NCBI GenBank assembly: GCA_950097015.1 | Contig: CATNEN010000002.1 | Location: forward strand, 6,944,001-7,008,000 | Reading direction: 5' to 3' | DNA length: 64,000 nucleotides | From: Macrostomum hystrix | Taxonomy: Eukaryota; Animalia; Platyhelminthes | Shown: piece after piece, positions 22,820 to 35,647 of the stretch | How positions within the stretch are numbered: position 1 is the first letter of the stretch | How the letters are laid out: each line of letters opens with the position of its first letter | Notes under the pieces: model-generated | Databases searched by the model: none | Told to the model about the DNA's origin: nothing | Seen by the model: the letters and a program-made list of their open reading frames with translations, nothing else | Position numbers and translations under genes: made by a program

Positions 22820-24042
22820 TCTATCCCGTGTCTTCTCTCCCGAGTCTTATCTATCCTGATTCTTATCTATCCGAGTCTTATCTATCCGAGTCTTATCTAT
22901 CCCGTGTCATCTCATTCGAGTCTTACCTATCCCGTGTCATATCTCTCCCGAGTCTTATCTCTCCCGAGTCTTATCTCTCCCGAGTCTTATCTATCCCGTG
23001 TCATCTCTCCCGAGTCTTATCTATCCCGTGTTATCTCTTCCGAGTCTTATCTATCCCGTGTCATCTCTCCCGAGTCTTATCTCTCCCGAGTCTTATCTAT
23101 CCCGTGTCATCTCTCCCGAGTCTTATCTATCCCGTGTCATCTCTCCCGAGTCTTATCTATCCCGTGTCATCTCTTCCGAGTCTTATCTATCCCGTGTCAT
23201 CTCTCCCGAGTCTTATCTCTCCCGAGTCTTATCTATCCCGTGTCATCTCTCCCGAGTCTTATCTATCCCGTGTCATCTATCCCGTGTCATATCTATCCCG
23301 TGTCTTATCTATCCCGTGTCATCTATCCCGTGTCATATCTATCCCGTTTCTTATCTATCCCGTGTCATATCTATCCCGTGTCATATCTCTCCCGAGTCTT
23401 ATCTCTCCCGAGTCTTATCTCTCCCGAGTCTTATCTATCCCGTGTCATCTCTCCCGAGTCTTATCTATCCCGTGTCATCTCTTCCGAGTCTTATCTATCC
23501 CGTGTCATCTATCCCGTGTCATATCTATCCCGTGTCTTATCTATCCCGTGTCATATCTATCCCGTGTCATATCTATCCCGTGTCATATCTATCCCGTGTC
23601 ATCTCTCCCGAGTCTTATCTATCCCGTGTCATATTTATCCCGTGTCTTATCTATCCCGTGTCATATCTATCCCGTGTCTTATCTATCCCGTGTCATATCT
23701 ATCCCGTGTCTTATCTCTCCCGAGTCTAATCTATCCCGTATCATCTCATTCGAGTCTTATCTATCCCGTGTCATCTCTCCCGAGTCTTATCTATCCCGTG
23801 TCATCTCTCCCGAGTCTTATCTATCCCGTGTCATCTCATTCGAGTCTTATCTATCCCGTATCATCTCATTCGATTCTTATCTATCCCGTGTCATCTCATT
23901 CGAGTCTTATCTATCCCGTGTCATCTCTCCCGAGTCTTATCTATCCCGTGTCATCTCATTCGAGTCTTATCTATCCCGTATCATCTCATTCGATTCTTAT
24001 CTATCCCGTGTCATCTCATTCGAGTCTTATCTATCCCGTGTC
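22820..24042. repeat. Compound minisatellite (TCTTATCTATCCCGTG / TCATCTCTCCCGAG units)
   Basis: Tandem 14-16 bp subunits; the 400-aa ORFs here are artefacts. Confidence 0.95.
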
Positions 24043-25258
24043 TAAAGACACGCTTTTTCCATATTGTCCCTGTTTTATGTCTTTCTTTATTATCTCTACG
24101 GTTCCTCTTTTCTACTCTCATTTTGCACTTGTTTAATCTCTTCTTATCTCTCCTCTATCCGGCCCGCTGTATAAAGACTTGGATTCTATCTTCGACCGGC
24201 GAAGCAATCAAGGTTTTCCGCGAAGCAGTTATTTTAAGCCCCGGTGTATTTAGGTCAGAATATGAAAATAAAATCATTATTAACTGAGTAACATACAAAT
24301 AAAGCGTGTCAGTCGCTAGGCGTAGGCGCTTTCTACTTTTTTTGCCAGAAAATTCTAAAAAAGCGATGCACAGCAGCGTGCTGTACAGACCGATGGTCAT
24401 AAATCAAATTCCCACGACCAGTTTGGGAGAAGCCCTTTTAGCTAGCGGGATCGAGAAAAGAGGAATAAAATATCCCAGTTCCAGCAGCCCCAATGCTCAT
24501 AAAACAGGCGCCAAAGTGTCAAGTTTCTCAGCGGCTTCGAGGCCGATTAACCCATCTGGGATTAATGGGGCCAGCTGCAGCCCCGCCACCCCAAATTGCA
24601 GACAGGAGAGCGCGGGAACTAGACAGGAATTTCTGACCACAAGCGTTTAGTCGTTCCCCCTAGAGATTCCGCGCAACGGAGGCCAAAACCATCTGCGGTA
24701 ATTACAATGCGATGCTCTCAACTTTTTTTGCTTTGCCAGTTGGTTCTGTTTGGCTGCTCCGAAGGTTAAAAAATGCGACAACTGCAGATACACTGTGATA
24801 GACCGCGACTGACGTTTAGTCGATTATTCGCACTGGAAGGCGCACAAACGGGGCGCTTGGCGACAAACCAGATAACTCATCGCCTGACTGACAGAAGCCG
24901 TAATTGCTCCCGGGAGAAAGTTGGGAGAATCTAAGGCCAAGCCAGACCGTGGGTCCGTCAGAACTTATGCGGGGGGACAATTAGAACTCTCATCGCTGCT
25001 GAATGAGCACTTTTAGTTTGAGAACGCACACACACAGCTAATAGAGCTCATCAGATAAGAGTAGCAGCTCATCAGCTTGGTTGGCCGGAATCCTCAATAA
25101 GTTTTGTGCCTCATGAAAGGCAGCAAAGCCAATGACTTGAGATGGGGATCTCATGTCTGAGAAGGGAAGTTGGATTTGGCATGAGAATGAGTAATTTAGA
25201 TGGGGATAAGGATTCAGGAAATGGTCCGTTTGGGAAAAATGTTCAAGTTGGGATGGAA

Positions 25259-25459
25259 AATGTTGGTTTGGGATACAAATTTGGCCAAGGTGGGATCAAA
25301 ATGTTGGTTTGGGATACAAATTTGGCCAAGGTGGGATCAAAATGTTGGTTTGGGATACAAATTTGGCCAAGGTGGGATCAAAATGTTGGTTTGGGATACA
25401 AATTTGGCCAAGGTGGGATCAAAATGTTGGTTTGGGATAAAAATTTGGCCAAAGTGGGA
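25259..25459. repeat. 41-bp tandem repeat AAAATGTTGGTTTGGGATACAAATTTGGCCAAGGTGGGATC
   Basis: About 5 direct copies. Confidence 0.9.
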
Positions 25460-26151
25460 TGAAAATGTGGCTTTGAGATAAAACTTGGCCAATGATTGTC
25501 GGGTTTTAGTGTCGACTAATTTCAAAAAAATTAATTGCGATTTCGATAAAATGTAAATTTTAAAAAGGAAATATTCAAGCTGCAAATATAACAAATAGAA
25601 AATCCCCAAAAGCAGCAGATTGGCAAAAACACGAATTCCAGAGTTCGAAGAGGTCCAGCATTTGTCATAGCAGCGAGCCGTGCTAATTAGCATTCAGAGC
25701 CAATGCTGTGAGTAGCCAAGCTCAGAAACAGTGGGCAAACTCGAATCAATCACCCGGGAGGCCACCCAGTGTGATCAGCGGTCATGGAAGGACGGCCAGC
25801 GGGTATACCGGCTCCCACCCAGCCCACAAAAATTCTCAACATAACCAGAGATGTCATACACAATGCACCCTCCCATAGACTAGTATACCCATATACTATA
25901 AATCTAAATTCAATGTGCAGTAGAAATGATACACGAATTGAGCAGGCAGAAAATTTCTGGACGGTTCAGACACTGAGTCATGTGTCCGTGAACTACGTTC
26001 GTATTGGCCTAAAATATATCATTTACTGTTATATATAAACAAACGGCAAAAACATCATATCATATTATATCGTATTAGTGAAGGCACACAGCGCCTTTGA
26101 CAATGCAGTTTTAAGCAGACAACTATATACTTCTAGTTCGTCTATAATGAT

Positions 26152-27237
26152 CAGCAATCTACGGGAGAGGGATTGACAATATATGGTAGAGGGATTGACA
26201 ATATACGGGAGAGGGATTGACAATATACGGGAGAGGGATTGACAATATATGGTAGAGGGATTGACAATCTACGGGAGAGGGATTGACAATATATGGTAGA
26301 GGGATTGACAATATACGGGAGAGGGATTGACAATATACGGGAGAGGGATTGACAATATATGGTAGAGGGATTGACAATCTACGGGAGAGGGATTGACAAT
26401 ATATGGTAGAGGGATTGACAATATACGGGAGAGGGATTGACAATATACGGGAGAGGGATTGACAATATATGGTAGAGGGATTGACAATCTACGGGAGAGG
26501 GATTGACAATATACGGTAGAGGGATTGACAATCTACGGTAGAGGGATTGACAATCTACGAGAGAGGGATTGACCATCTACGGGAGAGGGATGGACAATCT
26601 ACGGGAGAAGGATTGACAAACTACGTTAGAGGGATTGAAAAACTATGGTAGAGGGATTGACAATCTATGGGAGAGGGATTGACAATCTACGGGAGAGGGA
26701 TCGACAATCTACGAGAGAGGGATTGACCATCTACGGGAGAGGGATCGACAATCTACGAGAGAGGGATGGACAATCTACGGGAGAGAGATTGACAAAATAC
26801 GTTAGAGGGATTGAAAAACTATGGTAGAGGGATTGACAATCTATGGGAGAGGGATTGACCATCTACGGGAGAGGGATCGCCAAACTATGGTAGAGGGATT
26901 TACAATCTACGGAAGAGGGATTGACAAACTGCGGTAGAGGGATTGACAAACTACGTTAGAGGGATTGAAAAACTATGGTAGAGAGATTGACAATCTATGG
27001 GAGAGGGATTGACCATCTACGGGAGAGGGATCGCCAAACTATGGTAGAGGGATTTACAATCTACGGAAGAGGGATTGACAAACTGCGGTAGAGGAATTGA
27101 CAATCTACGGGAGAGGGATTGACAATCTACGGTAGAGGATTGACAATCTAAGGTAGAGGGATTGTCAATCTACGGGAGAGGAACTGACAATCTATGGTAG
27201 AGGGATTGTCAATCTACCGGAGAGGGATTGACAAACT
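26152..27237. repeat. 22-bp minisatellite GAGGGATTGACAAT(A/C)TACGGGA
   Basis: Tandem units are visible. Confidence 0.95.
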
Positions 27238-27590
27238 GCAAGATTTGGGATTGGAAAACTCTGGGATTTAGGATTAAAAAAACTCTAGAATTCGGGATTG
27301 AAAAACTCAGGCGATTATGGAGACAAACTTTAAAACTTGGGATAGACAAACTCCAGGATTTGGAATTGGCGAAATTCGGGATTTCGGTTTGAAAAACAGA
27401 AGGATTTGGGATTCAAATACTACAGGATTTAGGATCGAAGATTTCAAGATTAGGGAAGGGCAAACACAGACTCAGAGGGCCCACAAAAATGAGTACAGGA
27501 ATGTTAATTTTAGGTTTCAACAAGCAAAGCAGATAAAAATGTCAGCGAACATTTAAACCAAAGGTAAATAAGAATATGCAATAATATTCC

Positions 27591-29480
27591 TCAATCGTAG
27601 GGCACGTAGCCGCAGTAAAAGCCGTGGACTCTTCTGAAGCACGGCGCCAGCTGGCCTGTGCTCTCCGCCAGCAGCAGCAGAGCCCGCATCGCCAGCTGCT
27701 CCGGCAGGCAGACGCTGCCAACCGATACATCGCGCGACCACTGGCTGAGCGCGCCAGAGAATGCCGAGTCAGCGCTAGGCAGGTACAGCAGCCGGCAGGC
27801 CTTTCGGCCGCGGCAAACCGACACCCGACTAGTAGCCGTCGACTTCTCATCGACGTCACCGTCGGGTGCAACCAGGCCGATGTCGGCGGAGTAGACTCGG
27901 CAGCGACCGTCCAGGCGCCACAGCAGAGCCACCTCCCTGGCGCCGGAGTCACTCAGCGCCATCAGGCTGGCTCGCCGAACCGCCTCGCCTTCGCCAAGTC
28001 GACGCAGCAGTCTGGCAAAGGTAGATAAGGCGAAGGCTTGGCAAAACACTACAAACACTAAATTCAAAGATCTCAGCAGTTGAAGCGTCGCTGTTCAAAT
28101 TCTAAATCTCACCCGAGTACCCCACAAAATCTCACCCCTCAGAAAGTAAGCCCTTCAAAATCTCACCCCTCAGAAAGTAAGCCCCTCAAAATCTCACCCC
28201 TCAGAAAGTAAGCCCCTCAAAATCTCAACCCTCAGAAAGTAAGCCCCTCAAAATCTCACCCCTCAGAAAGTAAGCCCTTTAAAATCTCACCCCTCAGAAA
28301 GTAAGCCCCTCAAAATCTCAATCCTCAAAAAGTAGCTCCTCAAAATCTGACCAATCGAAGAGTGACTCCAGAAAAAAAAAACTTCATCGCTCAGATTTTC
28401 GCTCTCGTAATCTTATCTCCTTAAAGTAAAATTCTTACCTACTCAAATTCTAAAAAATAACACATCCTTAAATCTATCATCAGAGATAAAAATTCACGAA
28501 CTCTCCGCATCTTCAATCCCACATTCCCTATGCAGATTGTGGAAGCGAACAAACCTCCGCAAATGGAAATCATCGTCGGTGACATCGCCGACAGCGCCGT
28601 TGGCGGACAACTCAGCCGACGCCAGCGACACGACCTCCTCGCCGACAATATCGTCATCGACGTCGCGCACATCGCGAAGCAGCCGGACTAGATCCGGAAA
28701 GAAGACGCAGGAGGCTGCGGCGCTGGCAGACGTCGAGAAGCCGACGGCGGAGCGGCATCTGGCGCACACGACCAGACCGCGGCTGACTCTGACGATGGCG
28801 TCGGACAGAATCGACGAGGCCGGCAGGGTTAGGTCGACGCCGTCGTAGCGGCACTCACCGGATCGCGGCGAAGTCGGCCCGGAATCCACCAGCTTCTTCT
28901 CGTCGGCGTGGTCGACGTGGCAGAAATAAGCGGCTGCCGCCTCGTGCAGGCAGTCGGCGCCGGACCCGGCTGCTGAGGTGCTGGCCTCCAGGACGGCGCT
29001 CAGGTCGGCAAGGCGAGCGGAACAGAAGCCGCAGAGGAGGCTGCGGGACTGCCTGAGAAGGCTGGCTGCCGCTGCCAGGCCTGCAGCTTCGCCTCGCTCA
29101 GAGTCCGTCGACACGCCGAGGCCGTCGGCAGGCCGACTGTCCAGATCGTCATCAGCCACTGCCGAGACCGAGAGTTCAACGCCGGCACCAGGCAGCGAGG
29201 GCGACTGACGCCGCAGGCCGGAGCAGGTGATGGGCTCCAGGCGAAGGCCTTCCAAGCTGACGGTGCGCCGTTGGCCATCGTCGGCTGCTAGCTCAACGGT
29301 GACGAGATTCGGCTGGCTGACCTGCAGGCAGCGAGAGCCGCCAACGGTGGCGTCATCTGAGCTGGAAGCGTGCAGGCAGAGGCTGACCTTCTTGAACGAG
29401 TAGGAGTAGATAGCGGACAGCTGAGGCGCGGCCGCACTCACCTGGGCTGCACCGGCTAGAGAATCAGCGACTGACGGCAT
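27591..29480 (-). CDS. UBE3D: E3 ubiquitin-protein ligase E3D (HECT_2 family); exons 29480-28555 and 28011-27591 (~448 aa)
   Basis: Contains CGFC, YFCH and VCARC zinc-type motifs. Exon 2 has LLWRLD..RLLYLP..WSRDVSV..LPEQL..LLLLAES..LAPCFRRVHGF, matching the UBE3D C-terminus. The phase-2 junction AG|gtttgt..tttgccag|A is in frame. Confidence 0.82.
28126..28350. repeat. 31-bp minisatellite in UBE3D intron (AAAATCTCACCCCTCAGAAAGTAAGCCCCTC)
   Basis: About 7 tandem copies. Confidence 0.9.
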
Positions 29481-29562
29481 GTGGGCTGCAAAACATCGCA
29501 GATGTAAGTACGTGGCTCTTAACTCGCTTTCTTAGCTCGCCTAGTTTGAGTCCATATTTGTT

Positions 29563-29990
29563 CTCATCTTGAGTCTAGGATACTTCTCATCTTGAGTCTA
29601 GGAAACTTCTCATCTTGAGTCTAGGATACTTTCATCTTGAGTCTAGGATACTTCTCATCTTGAGTCTAGGAAAGTTCTCATCTTGAGTCTAGGAAACTTC
29701 TCATCATGAGTCTAGGATACTTCTCATCTTGAGTCTAGGATACTTCTCATATTGAGTCTAGGATACTTCTCATCTTGAGTCTAGGATACTTCTCATCTTG
29801 AGTCTAGGATACTTCTCATCTTGAGTCTAGGATACTTCTCATCTTGAGTCTAGGATACTTCTCATCTTGAGTCTAGGATACTTCTCATCTTGAGTCTAGG
29901 ATACTTCTCATCTTGAGTCTAGGATACTTCTCATCTTGAGTCTAGGATACTTCTCATCTTGAGTCTAGGATACTTCTCATCATGAGTCTA
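29563..29990. repeat. 23-bp minisatellite TTCTCATCTTGAGTCTAGGATAC between BLOC1S2 and UBE3D
   Basis: About 18 tandem copies. Confidence 0.95.
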
Positions 29991-30345
29991 GGCTAGTTGC
30001 CAAAGCGATTTCTAAAAACTAAAAAAAACAGATTAAGAAACCTTATCTAATCAAATTGATAAAAATAGTTTGGTATTGATATTGAACATTTTTATGCATA
30101 GATTAGCTAGTCTATTAGAAAACATCAACAATAATGTGGACAACAATCAAAAAAGATTATTCAGTATTGTGTAAATAATTACAACAAGTTCTCATCGAGA
30201 ACAAGCAATCGATAAAACTGAAAGCGAATTCTGAAACCGCCTACTTATGTAACCGTAGCGCAAGCATAAATAAGCAGGTAGTGATTATGGAACACTGAGT
30301 CAATCAAGACAGGGCGACAGCTCAGAATCTGTTCAGATGAGTGAA

Positions 30346-33122
30346 TCACCGCTTCTCCAATGATTTGAACTTGGCTTCTGAAAATGTAATTCACGGGAGA
30401 GACAAAATACTGTTAATAATTGAGTGTTTGTTTCTTCTTTAAAACGGCTTAGCCTAAATTAGCCGGCAGGGTACCGACCAACTTACCAGTTCTCCTCAAT
30501 TTTTGCTTGTTAGCTATCAATCTTACTGTACATTCCGCCTTGATTTGTTCGGCAGATTACAGCTAACTCTCTCGGCAGATTCCAATCAATTAACTAAGCA
30601 AATTCTAGCTAATTATCTCGGAATATTCCGGCTAATTATCTCGGCAGATTCTAACTAACTATTTCGGCAAATTCCAACTAATTATCTCGGCAGATTCCAG
30701 CTAATTATCTCGGCAGATTCCGCCTACTTATTTCGGCAGATTCCAGCTAATTATCTAGGCAGATTCCGGCTAAATTATCTAGTCAGATTTCAAATAATTA
30801 TCTCGGCGGATTCCAGCTAATTATCTAGTCAGATTCCAGCTAGTTATCTCGGCAGATTCTAGCTTATTATCTCGGCAGATTCCAACTAATTATCTCGGCA
30901 GATTCCAGCTAATTATCTCGGCAGATTCCGCCTACTTATTTCGGCAGATTCCAGCTAATTATCTAGGCAGATTCCGGCTAAATTATCTAGTCAGATTTCA
31001 AATAATTATCTCGGCGGATTCCAGCTAATTATCTAGTCAGATTCCAGCTAGTTATCTCGGCAGATTCTAGCTTATTATCTCGGCAGATTCCAACTAATTA
31101 TCTCGGCAAATTCCAACTAATTATCTCGGCAAATTCCAACTAATTATCTAGTCAGATTCCAGCTAATTATCTAGTCAGATTCCAGCTAATTATCTCGGCA
31201 GATTCCAGCTAATTATCTCGGCAGATTCCAACTAATTATCTCGACAGACACCGGGTTGCCACAGACACTAGGGAGACCCAATGAATGACTCAGCGTTTTT
31301 AAGCAAAAAAAAAATAACTCGATACTATTACTGACTATTTCAGTAGCTAAGTGTGCGCAAATATAAGACTAGCAGTGATAACTAAAATTACACTCATACA
31401 ATATAAAGCCGTGGAAGCTCACCTAACCGCTTACTATAGGCGTCCAACCTGTAGGCAGCCTGCTCCAGCTGGGTGACACTGGCCTCCAAGTGATCCACCT
31501 GGTCCAGGTAGGGCTGCAGAGCTCGGTCTAGGGATGAAGGCAAAACACTGATGATGGAACTATGGAAACTAAAGATTTGAATTGCACGTCTGGAGGTTGG
31601 TAAAAAATAGGTAAACATAGTACAACTCAGCTTTCCTGATGACAAACGTCGGGAAACGTGCAAACTAAAAACATTATCAAACAGTCAACACAGCGCTGCT
31701 TATTAGCAATATCAAAATCTGAATGAAAAAAACTCAAATTCATGCCATTGTGAGTAAGGCATAACAACAACCCTGCACAATGCTCACATTTTTCATTGAG
31801 ATCTTCCAGACTCTTGGAGACGCCAGTCGCCACGTTGTGCATGTCGGCGTACTTCTGCGTGGCAACGCGATTCATCTCAACCAGCAGAGCGTAGTCATCG
31901 ATTGTAACTGGACAATTTGGAGATGCGGTGGGTTGGGCAGTGATTCATCTATGACCTGTTGGGTAGGGTGATGCTTGATCTATGGCCTGTTGGGTGGGTG
32001 ATGCTTGATCTACGGCCTGTTGGGTGGGTGATGCTTGATCTACGGCCTGTTGGGTGGGTGATGCTTGATCTATGGCCTGTTGGGTGGGTGATGCTTGATC
32101 TATGGCCTGTTGGGTGGGTGATGCTTGATCTATGGCCTGTTGGGTGGGTGATGCTTGATCTATGGCCTGTTGGGTGGGTGATGCTTGATCTATGGCCTGT
32201 TGGGTGGGTGATGCTTGATCTATGGCCTGTTGGGTGGGTGATGCTTGATCTATGGCCTGTTGGGTGGGTGATGCTTGATCTATGGCCTGTTGGGTGGGTG
32301 ATGCTTGATCTATGGCCTGTTGGGTGGGTGATGCTTGATCTATGGCCTGTTGGGTAGGGTGAGGCATAAACTATGGCCTGTGGGGTAGGGTGATGCTTGA
32401 TCTATGGCCTGTTGGGTAGGGTGATGCATAAACTATGGCCTGTGGGGTAGGGTGATGCTTGATCTTTAGCCTGTTGGGTAGGGTGATGCTTGATCTTTAG
32501 CCTGTTGGGTAGGGTGATGCATAAACTATGGCCTGTTGGGTAGGGTGATGTTTGATCTTTAGCCTGTTGGGTAGGGTGATGCATAAACTATGGCCTGTTG
32601 GGTAGGGTGATGCATAAACTATGGCCTGTTGGGTAGGGTGATGCATAAACTATGGTCTGTTGGGTAGGGTGATGCTTGATCTGTGGCCTGTAGAGTAATG
32701 CTTGATGTACAGAATGTGTAGGCTAATGCTTGATTTATAGACATATAGGTAGGTTGAATCTTTAATAATGGTAACATATTCTTTACATACTATGATTCAT
32801 CTACTAACTGTGACTCACTTTCCAGTTCGCCTTTAACATAGTCCGAAATGGCTTGGAATGTGTTTCTGCTGAGCTCTTCAATACTGAGCTTTCCAGCGGC
32901 TTGCAGCAGAAGGGCATCGCCAGCCTGCTCAACTGAGGTTGAGTCTGCTTGAGTCTGTGGCTGCTGCTGCTGCTGCTGCTGCTCTGTAGCCCCAGTTGTT
33001 GCAGCAACTGCAGCCATAGCAGATTCTGCCGCACTGGCCTCAGTAACAGACAAAGAATCGGCTGCAGCCACTGCTGCAGCTTCTTCCACAGCAACTGCTG
33101 CTTCTGAGTGGATTGAATCCAT
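30346..33122 (-). CDS. BLOC1S2: BLOC-1 subunit 2; exons 33122-32819, 31907-31788, 31527-31423, 30377-30346 (186 aa)
   Basis: The spliced product reads ..[82 protein letters not shown]. All junctions are GT-AG and phase-consistent. Confidence 0.92.
30540..31244. repeat. 23-bp minisatellite GCAGATTCCAGCTAATTATCTCG (BLOC1S2 intron 3)
   Basis: Tandem units are visible. Confidence 0.93.
31957..32690. repeat. 30-bp minisatellite GGTGATGCTTGATCTATGGCCTGTTGGGTG (BLOC1S2 intron 1)
   Basis: Tandem units are visible. Confidence 0.95.
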
Positions 33123-34419
33123 TTTTTCGAGGTTTGAGTTCACTGGGAACTTGTCAGCTCTCTATAAATATATAATTTTGATGAGTAAATATCATTGTAT
33201 AGTATTCATAAAGCAAGGGTTATGCAATACAAAATTGCCTTACAAGCATATTAACAGGCTCTAGAAAACGATAATTAAACTATCAATACAAAGCAGTTAA
33301 AAATATACCAAGACTAAAAAAGGAGTTAGACATCACAAAAAATTAATAACATGATGTAATGATAGAATGATGTAAATATGTTCTTTAATTATGAATACTC
33401 TATTTTAGTGGCCTCAAATGCTGTACCAGCCAGTCTAGCCCAACCACAGACTGCTAATCTATCTGCCAACCAAATTAGACCTAGATACAAGTCTTCTGTT
33501 GTATTACAGCCAGGGACCACTGTTAGTTGCATCCAAGAATGGAAAAAGTATGGTAGGTGGCCAGCACAAGGTAGCTATCTAAGACAATAGCCCTTGTCAC
33601 TTGGATAAGGCAACAAGGGTGTAACAATAGTAATAATCAACTGTACCTGGGCAATGGAAATTTCAAACTGAAAACTAAACATTCAATGAGCAAACAAGGA
33701 AAAGAAAAGCAAATAATTAACTCATATGATTAATTACTGGAAAGAAAGTGCAAAGAATCTAGCATAGCAATCATTAGGCATCAAGGCACTACAGCTGAAA
33801 CTCAAGAGTCAAAATTGAACCCTAAACAATGACTTACTAGCAATAGAGACTTACAACAGAATATGTCAACACCTTTAAAACTAGTCATTAAAAGTTAAAC
33901 TTAGATGTTAAAAGTTTAATTAACATCTTACAAGCTAACAAATTCACAAATTAACAAAAAGATTAAAAGTTTAAAGTTTAAAGTAGAAAGACCATAAAGT
34001 TGTACAAGAAATGTTTTTATAGACAATTGAACTCTATTTGTTTTTAGTTGAATCCTGGGACTGGGTCATTTTTGTCTAGAATCCTAGGATTTGAATTTGG
34101 AAAAGTTTCCATTATATGTGACCCCAAAAAAAGAATGGTAGTGCACAAAAATTCAGACTTTCTGATTTGCCATAGTTAGTCTGAATAATGCTAGGTGCCC
34201 ATCAGAAAAAAGGAATTGGAAAGCTTGAGTGGATGTTGAAAATTATTTTTTTACATGCTTTGAGGTTAAAAAAATGAATATTGCAGGCCAGAAAAGTTTC
34301 TTAGTTTTATAATTTAATTAAGTTTAATGTCTATAGAGTATAGCTTTATATCTATAACTGACAATCCGTCAATGTCATAGAAATGCCCATCTTTCAACCT
34401 GCATGCTAATATAAAAAAT

Positions 34420-35132
34420 AATAATAGTTGCAGGAGGGCTGCTGACAATGGTACATAAATTAGTGACACTGGACCCACAGCCAGCAAGAAGGCTATTTTG
34501 CCCATTTCGCTGACTCCTGAGCACACACATAGACACAAAGACACATGGTTTTTTGTGTGAGTTGGGTGCAACTTGCACCCCAAAATCCTGATTTGCACCT
34601 AAATTTTGGGAATCAGATACAAATCTTACACTGGTTGAGATGCAAATGCAATTTTAAAATTCTTATTAAAAAAATAAATTATAATAAATTGTACTTATAA
34701 AGGATTTTTTGTATTTTGAATCTGTTTCATTCAGTTTGTTTCATTTCAAATGTTTTTTCAGCTTTAAATGTTTCAGTTTGTTAGGCTTTAGGACTTTAGG
34801 CTGTATTTTATAAACCACATGATTCAAATCAGCATGCACCAATGAAAATCTAATAAATACTTGTTTTTTTTTATCTAATGCAAAAACCTGCTAGCAAAGA
34901 CTTTGGGATTCACAGAGAACTTTTGGTCAAAGTAATATATATAAAGGTCCTTGTGCTGAAGAAAAACATTTTAAATTGGCAGGCTTGATAAAAATTGCAT
35001 GAAAAGCCCCCAAGCCTTCTCTCTCCTCTGCACCCCATACAAATGTGGGCCTCACCATAGAATTAAACTCATGCAGGGACTGTGCTGTGGTGCAAAAGGC
35101 AGACACATTAACCACTCTGCGACCAACCCCAA
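34420..35132 (-). mobile_element. tRNA-SINE copy split by a CAGG-ended MITE (~34544-34890)
   Basis: The SINE 3' part (34420-34540) and 5' head (34990-35132) match the 8411 copy. The insert resembles the 40682 element (TGCACC-rich, AAAAACCTG end). Confidence 0.7.
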
Positions 35133-35647
35133 ACTGCACTCTAAAAATCTCATAACAAGCTTACATAATTATTAAATATTTCAAAAAGATAAAGATGATA
35201 AAAAATTATAGAGGATGAGTAATTTTATATACAAGTAGGCCTACTAGGAGCTATAAAAATCGAAATGTGTAATATTATTCTTACTTCAACTGAAAACTGT
35301 AGGCCTAAAGTAGTTCTTTATAGTTTATATTATATATATATTACAAATATTAGTTTAAAAATCTTAAGACTTCTCACAAACAACAGTTGCAAAAGGCATC
35401 CTGAGGTGTAGCTACATTTTAAACTGAACTGAAATAAAGTAAGCACGCTTCGATTCCAAGAAATCATTCGTCACTTTGAATTCGTACAACGCCTAGCAAA
35501 ATTTGTTATACAACTTATCTTTTTTTGTTAAAATGGAGACAAAAAATAGTATATAATCAAGAAGTTTCGGCGATAGTTTTCGACGAAAGTAAGCAATCAA
35601 TGCTGTGGTAGACACCTATTAGCAATCCGAGCTTGAAGTCGTAAAGA

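Noticed and set aside
24306-24650. 114-aa plus-strand ORF in a GC-richer island between DHFR and UBE3D
   Set aside because: It has no recognisable domain and no supported exon partners; it may be regulatory or TE-derived.
29421-29441. In-frame 21-nt micro-intron CAG|GTGAGT..CCTCAG| in UBE3D
   Set aside because: The donor is perfect but 21 nt is below usual spliceosomal minima, and the ORF is open either way. It cannot be supported without RNA data.
29563-29990. Possible CRISPR array (regular 23-33 bp repeats)
   Set aside because: The units are head-to-tail with no unique spacers, there are no cas genes, and the context is eukaryotic.
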